Positions 1 to 10,126 of a DNA stretch of 64,000 bases are shown here, piece by piece. The stretch spans positions 192,001 to 256,000 of the forward strand of contig CAVVOB010000013.1 in the NCBI GenBank assembly GCA_963749655.1, written 5' to 3'. A model generated the notes under the pieces. The model did not search any database. It worked only from the letters and a program-made list of their open reading frames with translations, and had not been told where the DNA came from. Position numbers and translations under genes: made by a program. Within the stretch, counting starts at the first letter, position 1; each line of letters opens with the position of its first letter. This DNA comes from Nitrospirota bacterium (GTDB lineage Bacteria > Nitrospirota > UBA9217).

Positions 1-798
1 CCTGATGCGTTTGCCCGAGTCCGGAGACGAGGGCCGGTCGATGACGTTGAAACAGGTGCAGACCGGGCAGTTGTACACGCAGCCGCCGCACTCGAAGCAG
101 CGCAGGGCCACCGATTCCCAGAACGCATCGCTCACCTCGCCCGCCTCTATGCGCTTGCGCACCCGGTCCAGGTTGACCCGCTTCTCGAAGCGGCTTTGGG
201 ACGCGAGGCGCGTCTCGTACAGGTCTTCCTGGTCTGCAGGCTGGGGTTCGGTAAAGATGTGCGGAAAGTCCCTGACGAGCGATTCGCCCGTTTCGGATCC
301 CGTCTCGACCAGGAACCGGTTGCCGAGGTCGGTGAGCTGCAGATCGAATCCTGATTTCAAAAAAGGGCCGGTGCCGAGGCCGAGGCAGAAGCACGTCGGG
401 TCGGGCTGGTTGCAGGCAATGGCGATCAGCGCGGTCCTGCTGCGCCTCGCCTCGTAGTAGGCGTCTTTTGTCTTGCCCAGGTAGAAGGTGTCCAGGATCT
501 TTATTGCCGACAGATCGCAGGGCCTGATGCCGAAGAGCACCCGGGGCTGTTTGTTGAAGGCTTCCTCGAGACCCTCCTCGGACCAGCAGAAGAGCTGCTC
601 CATCTGGGGAAGCATGAACTCCTTGGGAGAAGGCATGAGCGCGGGGCCGTCGAGCGCTGTTTCGTGCATGCGCGCAAGCTCCGTCAGGACGATATCGCCG
701 CTCACGTCCCGGACCGGCGCGATCAGCTGGTTCTCAGACTTCAGCTGCCTGAGCCAGAAGGAGAGGTGGTTTTTGTTTAATATGTACTGTTCAGGCAT
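1..798 (-). CDS. 4Fe-4S dicluster protein, AsrA / sulfhydrogenase beta (HydB) / FlxB-like; C-terminus runs off the window
   Basis: Manual translation from ATG at 798 (MPEQYILNKNHLSFW...) gives LFGIRPCD, IACNQPDPTCFC and RCFECGGCVYNCPVCTCF motifs. It is missing from the ORF track because it is truncated. Confidence 0.8.
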   Translation of the reverse strand, partial: MPEQYILNKNHLSFWLRQLKSENQLIAPVRDVSGDIVLTELARMHETALDGPALMPSPKEFMLPQMEQLFCWSEEGLEEAFNKQPRVLFGIRPCDLSAIKILDTFYLGKTKDAYYEARRSRTALIAIACNQPDPTCFCLGLGTGPFLKSGFDLQLTDLGNRFLVETGSETGESLVRDFPHIFTEPQPADQEDLYETRLASQSRFEKRVNLDRVRKRIEAGEVSDAFWESVALRCFECGGCVYNCPVCTCFNVIDRPSSPDSGKRIR

Positions 799-993
799 AT
801 CTCATCGAGAATCGAAATAGTCAAAATCAAATCGATAGAATCGTAACGTCAACAATTATTGCAAATCTACCGCCGAGGCGCAGAGACGCTGAGAAAAAGA
901 CCATGAAGGCAGAAAGACTCCTCCGCGCCCTCCGCGGCTCTGCGGTTAAACTGGCATTTTTAGAGTCATCAAAATTCTCACAAGCAATTAGGG

Positions 994-3117
994 TTATCTT
1001 TCCTCCGGCGGTATATACAGGTCCAGCCCGATCCTCATGCCCTCGTGGTAGCTGATCGGCGGCGACTGGCGCGCGCCGGGTCTTCTCCGGACGGCCTCGA
1101 CGGCCGCTGCGCAGACCTTGAATTCCGGGATCTTGGCGTTCGGGTCAACGGCGTTCACGGTGAGAAGGTTCACGGCCGCCTCGCGGAAGTGGAAGGGGAT
1201 GAAGATGATCCCCTCGGGGACCGTGTTCGTCACCCGTGCCTTCACCACGATGTTGCCCCGCCGCGTGGTGACCCGCACGGCGTCTCCGCCGCGTATCTCG
1301 ATCCGCTCGGCGTCCGCGGGATTGATCTCAACCGTGCATTCGGGCTCTTCCCGTTCGAGCGTGATCGTCCGCCTGCACATGGTGCCCGTGTGGTAGTGGA
1401 AGTAGCTGCGGCCCGTGGTCAGGATGAACGGGTACTCGCTGTCCGTCGGCTCCGCCGGCGGAATGAAGTCCACGGGAATGAAGGCACCCATGCCGCGGGC
1501 GAACTTCTTCCGGTGCAGGTACGGCGTTCCGGGATGGTCCATGCCCGTGCAGGGCCACTGGAGCCCGAACTGCGAGTCGAGGCGATGATGGAGAATGCCG
1601 CCGTAGGACGGCGTCAGGATGGCGATCTCCTCCATGATCTCGTGGGACGCGCGGTACTCCATGGGGTACCCCATGAGCTTCGCCAGGCTGCAGATGATCT
1701 CATGATCCGGACGGGACTCGCCCACTGCGGGCACCGCTTTCCGTATTTTCTGGACCCGGCGCTCGGTGTTCGTAAAGGTGCCGTCCTTTTCGGCAAAGGT
1801 CGTTGCCGGCAGGATCACGTGGGCATATTCCGCGGTATCGGTGGGGAAGATGTCCTGGACAGCGAGAAAATCGAGTTTTGCGAACGCCGCTTTCACATGG
1901 CTGCTGTCGGGGTCCGAGATCACCGGGTTCTCGCCCATGACGTACAGGGCACGGATCTTGCCTTCGTGGATGGCGTCCACCATCCCGGTGAGCGTGAGCC
2001 CCGGCTTGTCCGGCAGGGGCCGCGACCAGGCAAGCTCGAATTTTTTCCGCGCAACAGGGTCGGCAACCTTCTGATAACCGGAATAAACGTCGGGAAGCAC
2101 GCCCACGTCGCAGGCCCCCTGCACGTTGTTCTGGCCGCGAAGCGGGTTCAAGCCCGTCATGGGCTGGCCGATGTGCGCGGTGAGCATGACAAGGTTGGCG
2201 CAGGAACGGACGTTATCGACGCCGGTGATGTGCTGCGTGATGCCCATGGAGTAGAAGAGCATGGAGCGCTTTTCCGAGGCATAAAGCCGCGCCGCCCTGC
2301 GGATATCGTCGGCCGGCACCGACGTGATCTTTTCGGCGACCTCCGGCGTGTAGGCCAGGACGCCCTTTTCGAAGGCATCGAAGTTTTCCGTGCGCTGGCG
2401 GATGAAGGACACGTCGACGAGGCCTTCGGTGATGATGACGTTCATGATGGCGTTCAGGAGCGCCACGTCGGTGCCGCTCCTGTGCCTCATGTGGAGGTGG
2501 CTGAACTGGGCGATCTGCGTGCGCCGGGGGTCCGCCACGATGATGAGGGCGCCGCGGTCCTTCGCTTCGAGCATGTGCATCCCGATCATGGGATGCTGCT
2601 CGGTCGTGTTCGAGCCGACCACGAAGATGACCCGGGCGTCTTTGATCTCGTCGATCGAATTCGTCATCGCTCCTGAACCGAACGCAGCCGACAGACCGCC
2701 GACCGTGGAGGAGTGTCAGAGGCGGGCGCAGTGATCGATGTTGTTGGTGCCGATCACCGCGCGGGCGAATTTCATGAGCACGAAATTGTCCTCGTTCGTG
2801 CACTTGGCCGAGCCCAATACCCCGATGGCGTCGGGACCGTATTCCCGCGCGATTGCAGAGAGCCGCGCGGCGGTCGTGCCCAGGGCTTCATCCCACGTTG
2901 CCCTGCGGTACGCGGCGCCGTCCCTGATAAGGGGGGTGGTCAGGCGATCGGGGTGATGGACGAACTCGTGGCAGTTCCAGCCCTTTACACAGAGGGTCCC
3001 GTGATTGACGGGATGGTTGCGGCTCGGGGATACGCCGGTGATGAGGTTGTTCTCGACATGCAGGTACAGTCCGCAGCCGCAGCCGCACCAGGGGCAGGTT
3101 GTTGAAATTTTTTCCAT
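994..3117 (-). CDS. fdhF: Formate dehydrogenase alpha subunit (Mo/W-bisPGD), selenocysteine-containing
   Basis: ORFs 2716..3156 and 994..2667 are one frame joined at TGA 2718-2716 (NIDHCARL-U-HSST). Has N-terminal CPWCGCGC and LCVKG Fe-S motifs, PLRGQNNVQG and a C-terminal PEFKVCA. Confidence 0.95.
2685..2718 (-). promoter_or_regulatory. In-frame UGA plus bacterial SECIS-like hairpin
   Basis: mRNA reads UGA CACUCCUCCA CGGUCGGC GGUCU GUCGGCUG, a stem with a GGUCU apical loop about 11 nt after UGA, resembling the fdhF-type SECIS. Confidence 0.75.
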
Positions 3118-3126
3118 ACGAGCCTC

Positions 3127-3156
3127 ATTATAACACCGCGTTTCGGGAAAAAGCAA
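3127..3156 (-). promoter_or_regulatory. Sigma70-like promoter for fdh
   Basis: TTGCTT-N18-TATAAT with extended TGn, 9 nt upstream of the ATG. Confidence 0.55.
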
Positions 3157-3422
3157 AAAAAGCGGAGTATTTCGACCGGAATTTTGCTGCTTATTTCGTA
3201 TTACGGGAATTCTCGGGCTGCCGCGTCATCGGTCCGCGTTGTCGCATGAAAACGGTACCTGTTCGCAGATCAACGCTGAGAGAAGGTGTCCGCAGATGAA
3301 TCCAGATGGACGAAGATGAATTACTGTAAGGATAGTGGCATGAAAGCTGCTGTGGATTATCTGTGTAATCTGCGGATGCAAGTGATTTCGGCCTCTCGAA
3401 GTGAGTTTGATCTCGCGAGCGA

Positions 3423-3854
3423 TCAATAGCCGGCGATATAATCCTTCAGGTAGTGGATCTCCGAGGTGAGCTTGGTGACCTGGGTCTGGATGATGTCCCG
3501 GATGGACAACATGCCGATGATGCGTCCGTCATCCACGACAGGCAGGTGCCGGATGTTCTTTTCCACCATGGTTGCCGACACTTCATGGATGTCCTCGTCG
3601 GGAACGGCCACAATGAGGTCCCTGATCATCGCATCGCGCACGGGAACTTCCTTGAAGCTCCTGCCGCCGGTGGCGATGTAGCAGCGCACCACGTCGCGTT
3701 CCGTGAAGATCCCCACGGTCTTTCCGTTCTCGGTCACGATGATGGCGCTGATCTTCCGGGAATTCATGGACCGGATGGCATCGTCCACCGAGCTGCTCAC
3801 GTCGATGGACACCGTGTCCTTGCCCTTGGCTTCCAGCAGTTCACGAACTTTCAT
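3423..3854 (-). CDS. CBS domain pair protein
   Basis: GIFTERD, IRHLPVVD and GMLSIRD motifs; AAGGGAGG RBS. Confidence 0.9.
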   Translation of the reverse strand: MKVRELLEAKGKDTVSIDVSSSVDDAIRSMNSRKISAIIVTENGKTVGIFTERDVVRCYIATGGRSFKEVPVRDAMIRDLIVAVPDEDIHEVSATMVEKNIRHLPVVDDGRIIGMLSIRDIIQTQVTKLTSEIHYLKDYIAGY

Positions 3855-4227
3855 GACGACCCTCCCTTGAAGGTAATTGCTTAATGTCGAAATTTTACCG
3901 CAGAGGATGCGGAGGACGCAGAGAACTTCTTGAATTAGAAAACATTTAACTCATTCTCAGCTCCCTCCCCCTCTGCGATCTCTCAAAATCATCTTCTTTG
4001 AAGCTATATTATTTGCCTAATGTCCGTAGTAGTTCGCTTAACCTGAATAAGTTCCGAATATGACCAGCGTTCTTTTACTTACTCTCCTTTATTTCAAGAG
4101 CTGCATTTCTCTGCGCCCTCTGCGGTAAAATATCTTTCGTTTTTCATAGAATGTTTGACAGCATCAAGTATTGAAAGATGTCAATATTTTTGACCGTAGA
4201 ACACCTGAGCAGAACTTTCGCCGGAGG

Positions 4228-5718
4228 TTACTCTCTCCGGTCTGCTTTTCCGCTTCTTCGGTCTCGTTTCAGCGGCCTGAAGTCGCGGACCTGCTTTGAC
4301 TCCAGCCCTTTGATCTCTCCGACGCGGTGGATCTTCATCAAATTCGTGCTGCCTGCCACGCCGATAGGCACGCCGGCAGTGATGACGATGAGGTCGTGCT
4401 GTCGGGCGAGTCTTCTCCTGAGCATGAGCAGCTCAATGCTCGATATCATGGAATCGGTGGTTTTTCTGGTCTTCATGATCACGGGCATCACGCCCCAGTA
4501 CAGAGACACCCTCCGGGCGGCATCGTCAAAGGGAGTAGGTGCGATGATCGGCATCGGGGGCCGGTGCTTGGAAACAAGAAGCGCCGTGGAGCCCGACTGC
4601 GTGAAGGTCACGATTGCACGCGCCTCCTGCTCCTCGGCTGCGCGGCAAGCCGCATGCGCCACGCTTTCTCCCGTGCCCGCCACGTGCACGTCCGGCGGGA
4701 CCGAGGGGAGCGAGGTCTCGGCCTGCACGGCAAGCCGTGCCATGACCTCAACGGACTGGACAGGATATTTCCCCATCGCCGTTTCGCCCGAGAGCATCAC
4801 GCAGTCCGTGCCGTCCAGGATCGCGTTCGCCACATCCGACGCCTCGGCACGCGTGGGCTGCGGGCTGTCGATCATGCTCTCGAGCATCTGCGTCGCGGTG
4901 ATGACTGTTTTCTCGGCGTGGTTGCAAGCCTTGATGATCTTCTTCTGGAGGAGCGGCACCTGCTCGGGCGACATTTCCACGCCCAGGTCGCCGCGGGCCA
5001 CCATGACGCCGTCGGCTGCATCGATGATCTCGTCGAGATTATGGATCGCCTCGGGCTTCTCGATCTTCGCGATGATGGGGATGTCGGCGCCGTGCGCGTG
5101 CAGGAAGCGGCGTGTCGCGATGATGTCGGCCGCCGTGCGCACGAAGGAAAGTGCGATGTAGTCCACGCCGCGCGCGATGCCGAACCGGAGATCGTCCTTG
5201 TCCTTTTTGGAAAGCGATGGAAGGGAGAGGTGCGCGCCGGGGAGGTTCACGCCTTTATGGCTCCTGAGCACCCCGCCGCGGACCACCTTGCACTTTAGTC
5301 CGCCCGGGATCTTCCGGGTGACCACGAGCTCCAGCCGGCCGTCGTCCAGCAGGATCCTGTCGTCTGTCTTGAGGTCCTTCGTGAGGCGGGAGTAAAGCAC
5401 GGAAATGGAACGGTTGGTGCCGAGAATGTTTCGTCGGATCACGGAGAGCTCGTCGCCGCGCCGGAGCGAAACCGCATCGTCCTGCATGGCGCCGACGCGC
5501 AGCTTCGGGCCCTGCAGGTCCTGGATGATTGCGATGTGCCTGCCCGCCTTCTCCGATTCCTGCCGGATCGATCGGATGCGTTTCGTATGATCGTCCCAGT
5601 CGCCGTGGGAGAAATTGAGCCTCGCCGCATCCATGCCGGCGCGGATCAGTTTGGCGATGACCGCGGGCGAACTGGAAGCCGGGCCGATGGTGACGATGAT
5701 CTTGGTGCGTTTTGACAT
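4228..5718 (-). CDS. pyk: Pyruvate kinase
   Basis: RTKIIVTIGPAS, ARLNFSHG, DLQGPKLR, MVARGDLGVE, TQMLESM and MLSGETA motifs. Confidence 0.97.
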   Translation of the reverse strand: MSKRTKIIVTIGPASSSPAVIAKLIRAGMDAARLNFSHGDWDDHTKRIRSIRQESEKAGRHIAIIQDLQGPKLRVGAMQDDAVSLRRGDELSVIRRNILGTNRSISVLYSRLTKDLKTDDRILLDDGRLELVVTRKIPGGLKCKVVRGGVLRSHKGVNLPGAHLSLPSLSKKDKDDLRFGIARGVDYIALSFVRTAADIIATRRFLHAHGADIPIIAKIEKPEAIHNLDEIIDAADGVMVARGDLGVEMSPEQVPLLQKKIIKACNHAEKTVITATQMLESMIDSPQPTRAEASDVANAILDGTDCVMLSGETAMGKYPVQSVEVMARLAVQAETSLPSVPPDVHVAGTGESVAHAACRAAEEQEARAIVTFTQSGSTALLVSKHRPPMPIIAPTPFDDAARRVSLYWGVMPVIMKTRKTTDSMISSIELLMLRRRLARQHDLIVITAGVPIGVAGSTNLMKIHRVGEIKGLESKQVRDFRPLKRDRRSGKADRRE

Positions 5719-5922
5719 TCATTCTCCTGGAAAGCGGTGTGGAGACTAAAGAAAGGAACCTGATATCCGGTATTATAGCAAATCTCAAGGACGGCACGTA
5801 AGCATGGTTCGTAAATCTGAAACCGGACAAACGGAAAAATCTTTTGACGGGATAACAGGATTTACAGGATCTGTGGCAAGGCTTTATCCTGACGTTATCC
5901 TGTTATCCGGTCAAAGATGGAT

Positions 5923-7047
5923 TCAGGGCTCTATCTTCACCAACTCGTACTTTCTGGTCCCCAGTCCCAGCCGTTCGCACTCGTCTATCTGGATCTGCAT
6001 GGGCCGCGGGTTGAGACTGGACATGACGTTTTCTCCGGGTTTGATGACCAGCTCTTCCGCAGCGGATTGGGGCAGCGGAGGGGCGGCCTTGAGCATATCG
6101 AGCGAGGCCTGCTCGATGGCCGCGATGTCGTCGGAGATCATAATGCCCTGGTCCTGGATTACCGGCACGTCCGCAACAGGCATGCAGTCGCACTCGGGCT
6201 GGATCTCGTAGAGGAAATTGATATAGACGACCTTGCCCTTCCGGAAGGTCGAGAGAACGGCGGCTGCAGACTCGGCAAGGCTTTTCTGGAAGGTCACGTC
6301 GTCCTGGGGCAGGGTGAGCGCCCCTTCCTGGCAGACGCGGGAGCACCGGCCGCAGTGCCAGCAGTTGTTCTGGTCCACGACAAAGGCGCCGTCCTTGAAA
6401 TCGATGGCATGGAGCGGGCAGACGTTCTTGCACTGCTCGCAGAAGGTGCAGACCTCGGGGTTCCACTGGAGCCCCATCTCTCCGTGGCAATGCATGGCGC
6501 CGCGGCCCTTTTTCCAACCGTGGTCGCGGTGGCGGGAGCTCACGCAGCCCATGGCCAGGTTCTTGATCGCGCCCGCATATCCGGAGTTGATATGCCCCTT
6601 GGTGTGGGAACAGACGATCATTGCAGGAACATCGTGGATCGCTGAAGCAACTGCGATGTCACCCAGGATCGGGCCGGCCTTGACCAGGATCGCGTCCTTG
6701 CCGTAGAGCCCGTCGGCGAGCACCACGGGCGCGCCGCAGGATAAATGGTTCAGGCCGTTCTGGTTTGCCACTTCAAGGTAGTCGAGTCCCATGATCCTGA
6801 CGGTGTCGGTCACGAAGGGCTTGGCCCCCGTCTCCTGCACGGCCTCGACCACTTTGCGGATCATGACCGGGGGCACGATGCGGAACGCGCCATGGGACCC
6901 CCAGTGGGTCTTGATCGCGACCCATTCGTCCTGTTCGAACCTGCGTGCAAAGTCCATTTTTTCGAGCAGGGTCTCGAGCTTGCCCGGGACGCTGTGGCTG
7001 TAGTCCCATCTGAGCGTACGTGCGGTGGAGAAGTAGACTTTGGACAT
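5923..7047 (-). CDS. DUF362-family Fe-S protein with 2x[4Fe-4S] ferredoxin domain
   Basis: AIKTHWG, SHTKGH, GAIKNLAMG, two CxxCxxCxxxC motifs and PECDC. Confidence 0.85.
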   Translation of the reverse strand: MSKVYFSTARTLRWDYSHSVPGKLETLLEKMDFARRFEQDEWVAIKTHWGSHGAFRIVPPVMIRKVVEAVQETGAKPFVTDTVRIMGLDYLEVANQNGLNHLSCGAPVVLADGLYGKDAILVKAGPILGDIAVASAIHDVPAMIVCSHTKGHINSGYAGAIKNLAMGCVSSRHRDHGWKKGRGAMHCHGEMGLQWNPEVCTFCEQCKNVCPLHAIDFKDGAFVVDQNNCWHCGRCSRVCQEGALTLPQDDVTFQKSLAESAAAVLSTFRKGKVVYINFLYEIQPECDCMPVADVPVIQDQGIMISDDIAAIEQASLDMLKAAPPLPQSAAEELVIKPGENVMSSLNPRPMQIQIDECERLGLGTRKYELVKIEP

Positions 7048-7622
7048 GGCGGACCTCGTTAATGTGATGATTAATCGGGTATTGCTTTTATTCTAAGCGA
7101 CCGGCAGAGCTTTTTTGATTAAGGTTACAAATCGTTCTAATATAAACGACACAATCCAGTATGCAAGCTCTATGAAGAAAGCTAGAACGAGATTCCCAGT
7201 TAAAATAATAGTTAAAAGAAGAATCCCCATACCGATAAAATTTTGATTAAGTATTTTTTGGGCATAGACGCAAAGTTGAAAAGACCGAGGACTGATCCGA
7301 AGATCGCACCTGCACTTCCATTAAACAAATAGAGTAAAAAATCTAGTGAGTCACCATCTTCTATATCCCCCGAATACTGCATTATTCGAAACATTCTCAG
7401 ATATACCCATGTCGCGATTAAAAAAACTGCAAATCCAATCAACGCGCCTAAAAGTACTCCTGAAGAAACTTTATTGCTTGTCGGATCGCTATTAGGGGAC
7501 TGCAATAAAAATGTTCGAGACATTTTCCATGCAAGGAAGACTGCATATGCAAAGACAATTGAGAGGTGGTCCCCATTGGTTGGACAGCTTTTCCCTTGGT
7601 TTAAGGTGGAAACCTCAAGCCC

Positions 7623-8489
7623 TCATGCAGCCAAAATTACCGGCTGATATGCTATCGGCATATTCCAGTATGCCTCATGGGGTGTCCGGTCGTCAAGGGA
7701 CGAGTGCGGACGTTCTTCGTTGTAGCGTCTGATCCATCTCTCGATGCCGTTCCTTGCCTCGCTGCCTGTTTCAAAAGCATGGAGATACACGCATTCGTAC
7801 TTCAGTGAGCGCCACAGCCGTTCGATCATCACGTTGTCCATCCAGCGGCCCTTGCTGTCCATGGAAATCCGTATTTCGGCGTCCTTCAGCACCTGGGTGA
7901 ACTCGAAGCTCGTGAACTGGCTGCCTTGATCCGTGTTGAAAATAAGGGGACTGCCGTGAGTTGAGAGCGCTTCCTTGAGCGCCTCGCAGCAGAATTCGGC
8001 ATCCAGGGTGTTGCTGAGCCGCCAGCTGAGGACTTTTCTGCTGTACCAGTCCATGATCGCCACGAGATACAGAAAGCCTTTTCTCATCGGGATGTACGTT
8101 ACGTCGGCGCACCATACGTGGTTCGGGTTCTCGATCGCCGCTCCTTTGAGCAGGTACGGGTAAATACGATGCTGCGGGTGCGGTTTGCTGGTATGGGGCT
8201 TCTGGTAGATCGCGGCGAGCCCCATGTGCTGCATCAATCGGCGAACGCGCTTCCGGTTCACCCAATAGCCCCGCCGCCGCAGGTAGCGGGCCATCTGCCG
8301 GGCGCCGTAGTACGGCGTCTCTAAAAACTGTTCGTCTATCAGCCGCATGAGCGTCAGGTTCGCTTGGGATTCTCCCAACGCCTCGTGATACCAGGATGAT
8401 CGGCTGATATCAAGCAGTCTGCATTGGCGGCTTATGCTGAGCCCTGGATGGTTCGGTTCCACCAGTGCCTTCCTTCGTTCGCGGCTCAT
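7623..8489 (-). CDS. IS3 transposase OrfB (DDE/rve)
   Basis: [39 protein letters not shown] and [10 protein letters not shown] motifs. Confidence 0.95.
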   Translation of the reverse strand: MSRERRKALVEPNHPGLSISRQCRLLDISRSSWYHEALGESQANLTLMRLIDEQFLETPYYGARQMARYLRRRGYWVNRKRVRRLMQHMGLAAIYQKPHTSKPHPQHRIYPYLLKGAAIENPNHVWCADVTYIPMRKGFLYLVAIMDWYSRKVLSWRLSNTLDAEFCCEALKEALSTHGSPLIFNTDQGSQFTSFEFTQVLKDAEIRISMDSKGRWMDNVMIERLWRSLKYECVYLHAFETGSEARNGIERWIRRYNEERPHSSLDDRTPHEAYWNMPIAYQPVILAA

Positions 8490-8773
8490 CGACCGAAGGC
8501 TTTCCCTAAAAAATCGCGTTCCACGGTCAGCTGGCCGATCTTGGCGTGCAGTTCCTTGATCTGCGCTTCGTGGGCGGCGTCATTTCGGCCCACCTTGCCC
8601 GTGAAGATATCCGCGAGGCCCTCAAGGGCCTGCTTCTTCCACTCGCTCACCTGATTGGGGTGGATGTTGAACCGTGTTGCGATTTCGGCGATCGTCAACT
8701 GCTCCTTGAGCGCCTCACGCACCACACGGGCCTTAAAATCCGCTGCGTACCTTTTCCTTTTCGTCTTGCTCAT
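8486..8773 (-). CDS. IS3 transposase OrfA (HTH)
   Basis: RKRYAADFKARVV...IHPNQVSEWKK...LHAKIGQLTVERDFL. Slippery T_TTT_TTA at 8513-8507 and an ATGA overlap with orfB. Confidence 0.93.
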   Translation of the reverse strand: MSKTKRKRYAADFKARVVREALKEQLTIAEIATRFNIHPNQVSEWKKQALEGLADIFTGKVGRNDAAHEAQIKELHAKIGQLTVERDFLGKAFGR

Positions 8774-8891
8774 TGCTCTGTGGCCTCCTTGTCGTTTGTC
8801 GTATTTTACACCTTATACGACTGTCCGACTTTCGGGGACCACCTCTTTGTTAAAAAGATGTGTGTAGTCATCGCTTATTCCAAATTTATTT

Positions 8892-8959
8892 GTTGGTTCA
8901 GGCTTGTAGCCTGAACCGAACCTTAATTCTGGTTCAATCAGAATGATTGAACCAGCGGG
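8892..8959. repeat. Double-hairpin REP-like element, copy 1
   Basis: Hairpins GGTTCAGGCT-TGT-AGCCTGAACC and CTGGTTCAATCA-GAA-TGATTGAACCAG. Positions 8904-8959 recur at 9480-9535. Confidence 0.85.
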
Positions 8960-8967
8960 GACTGCAA

Positions 8968-9408
8968 CTAGGGTCTCGGCACTCGTTGAAAGTCATGGTC
9001 TATAAATGGCCATAATGCAATCATCGTCACCGAACCGATAAACCCCAAAAACAACAATGCAATAAAGGGGGCATATGAATCCACCCATTTGAACGATGGG
9101 ACAAGCGTTATAATCACCACGGTAACGGTTCCTAATCCGAGACCACCTGAGAATCCAGCAATGGCATTTTGCCAAAATTTACGCCACTGATGTTTAATTG
9201 ACAAACCGCAAATCGGGATACCAACAACGAAAGCGACAAGATACGATAGAATTATGCTGAATGTAAGCAGCCGACCGATGTCATCAGTTGCATCTCGAAA
9301 AGATGCATGAGAAACCGCCATGTCGACTGAAATAGCAAGGATCTCTATAACAACAGAGGTAGCAAGAGGTGAAAGTATGAATCCCAGCAGTAATTTTTTT
9401 GATATCAT
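8968..9408 (-). CDS. Hypothetical low-GC membrane protein (about 4 TM segments)
   Basis: 146-aa hydrophobic ORF with GAGGAAGG RBS; AT-rich relative to the window. Confidence 0.7.
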   Translation of the reverse strand: MISKKLLLGFILSPLATSVVIEILAISVDMAVSHASFRDATDDIGRLLTFSIILSYLVAFVVGIPICGLSIKHQWRKFWQNAIAGFSGGLGLGTVTVVIITLVPSFKWVDSYAPFIALLFLGFIGSVTMIALWPFIDHDFQRVPRP

Positions 9409-9442
9409 GTCCTTCCTCTTGATGGTCCGGCTTCACTACTCA

Positions 9443-9535
9443 TGTCGGGTTTTGCTCAGCCTCTACCCGACTTGTCACTTTGTAGCCTGAACCGAACCTT
9501 AATTCCGGTTCAATCAGAATGATTGAACCAGCGGG
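9443..9535. repeat. REP-like hairpin (GTCGGGT...ACCCGAC) followed by copy 2 of the 56-bp direct repeat
   Basis: 9480-9535 matches 8904-8959 at 55 of 56 positions. Confidence 0.85.
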
Positions 9536-9544
9536 AGCTGCCGT

Positions 9545-10126
9545 CTACACTTTGTCCCGCCCACTCTTCTGTTGCTCGCGAGCCTGCAATCGCGCTCTGG
9601 TCATGCGTTCGCGCAGGCCGCCGTCTTTCAGAAAATCCTTTTCCAGCCTCCGCATCTGCTGATCGAGCAAATAATTGGTCTGATGAATCAGGCAGATGGC
9701 AATATTCGCGACCACATCAGCCGGGCGGGTTTCGCAGAATTCCCGGTAAGCTTCATAGGTCGTATAGGGCTTGGTGCCGAGCTTTCTGACATACTGCGCT
9801 TCCTTGGAGTCTTTGTCCCAGATTGAAAAATCCCGCACACGCAGAAAATCCTTATAATCATCTAAAAGCTCTTCCAGGCTGGCCCGAGCCACATTGGTCA
9901 GCTTGATTTCCATTTCCTTGGAGGTGCCGGAAGCTTTGCTGTCTTCGACGATGTTCTGCTTACCCGATCGGGCCGCCTGCACCATCTGATCGATCGTGCG
10001 GTCGTTCTTTTTGAGAAATCGTTCACAGAACCGGAAAGTCAGGTCATAGACTACCTCGGCCTTCTGATAGGATAGCAGCTCCTGGTAGTTGCCGTGAGGC
10101 GGTATGAAAGTCTTGTCGTTTTCCAT
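9545..10126 (-). CDS. Four helix bundle protein (23S rRNA IVS-protein-like) with suffix domain
   Basis: YQELLSYQKA, DQMVQAARSGKQNIVE, NVARASLEELLDDYKDFLR and C-terminal FLKDGGLRERMTRAR motifs. Confidence 0.88.
   Translation of the reverse strand: MENDKTFIPPHGNYQELLSYQKAEVVYDLTFRFCERFLKKNDRTIDQMVQAARSGKQNIVEDSKASGTSKEMEIKLTNVARASLEELLDDYKDFLRVRDFSIWDKDSKEAQYVRKLGTKPYTTYEAYREFCETRPADVVANIAICLIHQTNYLLDQQMRRLEKDFLKDGGLRERMTRARLQAREQQKSGRDKV

Larger units (their letters stand above)
7562..8846 (-). mobile_element. IS3-family insertion sequence (1285 bp)
   Basis: 26-bp imperfect terminal inverted repeats AGAGGTGGTCCCC...GGACAG, 3-bp target duplication TTG (7559-7561 and 8847-8849), orfA and orfB. 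Confidence 0.95.
7093..8871 (-). pseudogene. Low-GC membrane protein gene interrupted by the IS3 element, plus a probable 1-nt slip in an A-run near 7255
   Basis: Removing the IS and one TTG copy restores MTTHIFLT|IVFAYAVFLAWK in frame with ORF 7212..7523. A shifted frame continues a hydrophobic segment to TAG at 7095-7093. Confidence 0.7.

Noticed and set aside
2716-2718. Nonsense mutation in fdh
   Set aside because: The position and downstream hairpin indicate selenocysteine.
8892-9545. Integron attC sites
   Set aside because: No RYYYAAC...GTTRRRY core pair in gene orientation and no integrase in the window.
9545-10126. Diversity-generating retroelement Avd
   Set aside because: The fold is related, but no reverse transcriptase or TR/VR pair is present in the window.
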